This document shows positions 63,416 through 64,000 of a DNA stretch of 64,000 bases, piece by piece. Both the position numbers and the translations under genes were made by a program. Position 1 is the first letter of the stretch, and each line of letters begins with the position of its first letter. The stretch covers positions 28,517-92,516 of the forward strand of contig DFUR01000106.1 of NCBI GenBank assembly GCA_002380425.1, written 5' to 3'. This DNA is from Bacteroidales bacterium UBA4181. Lineage in GTDB: Bacteria; Bacteroidota; Bacteroidia; Bacteroidales; UBA4181. Below the pieces are notes generated by a model. That model was given only the letters and a program-made list of their open reading frames with translations. It did not search any database and was not told the DNA's origin.

Positions 63416-64000
63416 TTATTCCATTTTATCAATCATTCTGATCTTTTCCTCCAGGCTTTTCAATTCTTCCTTGCCCTGATCAATCATACGACGTACGTTG
63501 GCAATCAGCGACTCAGCATTCTTGGACTTGGAAAAGAAGCCCACATTATTTTCCCAGATCACGATATCATTCTGCAACTGCTGCATCCTTCGGAACAAAC
63601 GGTCCCGTTCATTGTCCATCCGGGCGCGGGACTGTGGGGTTTCTGACATTCCCTCAATCTTGCTCCGGTAACGCATCATCTGGCGTTTTCCCTCATCCAG
63701 CCGGAGGGCATCAAACTGCTTGTTGATGGCATCCCGGTAGGCAGTTTGCACCTTGTCTTTGAACTTAATCGGCACAAAACCAATCCGGCTCCACTGCCGC
63801 TGTAGTTCCTTGAGGCGCTCGAAGTTTTCGTCCATATCCTCAGAGGGAACAAACTGTTTGATCTGTTCAATCAGGTCGAGCTTGGCCTTATAATTGTCCG
63901 AATACCCAGTCTCCTTATCGTTGAAGTGTTTGGATTTGTTCTCAAAAAAGTGGTCGCATGCCGAGCGGAATCTCTTCCATATCACATCCCGGTGCTTCCG
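63416..64000 (-). CDS. DUF349 domain protein, 3' part (5' end outside the window)
   Basis: W.RF..ACD.FF, LQ..W..IG.VP repeat and WENN.GFF motifs; upstream of pyrG as usual in Bacteroidota. Confidence 0.85.
   Translation of the reverse strand, partial: RKHRDVIWKRFRSACDHFFENKSKHFNDKETGYSDNYKAKLDLIEQIKQFVPSEDMDENFERLKELQRQWSRIGFVPIKFKDKVQTAYRDAINKQFDALRLDEGKRQMMRYRSKIEGMSETPQSRARMDNERDRLFRRMQQLQNDIVIWENNVGFFSKSKNAESLIANVRRMIDQGKEELKSLEEKIRMIDKME

Overview
64 kb of gene-dense bacterial chromosome, almost certainly Bacteroidota and probably an anaerobic Bacteroidales. The taxonomy rests on TAnnTTTG promoter boxes, a long SecA, the pyrG-yidC-DUF349 order, the lptD/amidase/mlaD cluster and an 11-subunit-type nuo operon. 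Housekeeping genes include secA, leuB, lhgO, lptD, ridA, uxuAB, uvrA, thiL, yidC and pyrG. The window also holds a biotin operon (bioB-A-F-G-C, no bioD), a complex I operon lacking nuoEFG, an accessory signal peptidase I + transglutaminase-like lipoprotein + paired RND locus, a GH43 gene and a DUF6922/AbiEii-type TA module. I saw no rRNA, tRNA, CRISPR or transposase. The best candidate for an undescribed system is the bio operon leader at 30650-31096. It has a promoter box, a 140-codon ORF with an RFRRWSRKSWSVFRSL motif on a switch-like RNA structure, and an intrinsic terminator inside the ORF's 3' end. The ORF's stop codon overlaps the bioB start (ATGA), which is an attenuator-like layout. 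All family calls come from motif recognition by eye, not database searches.
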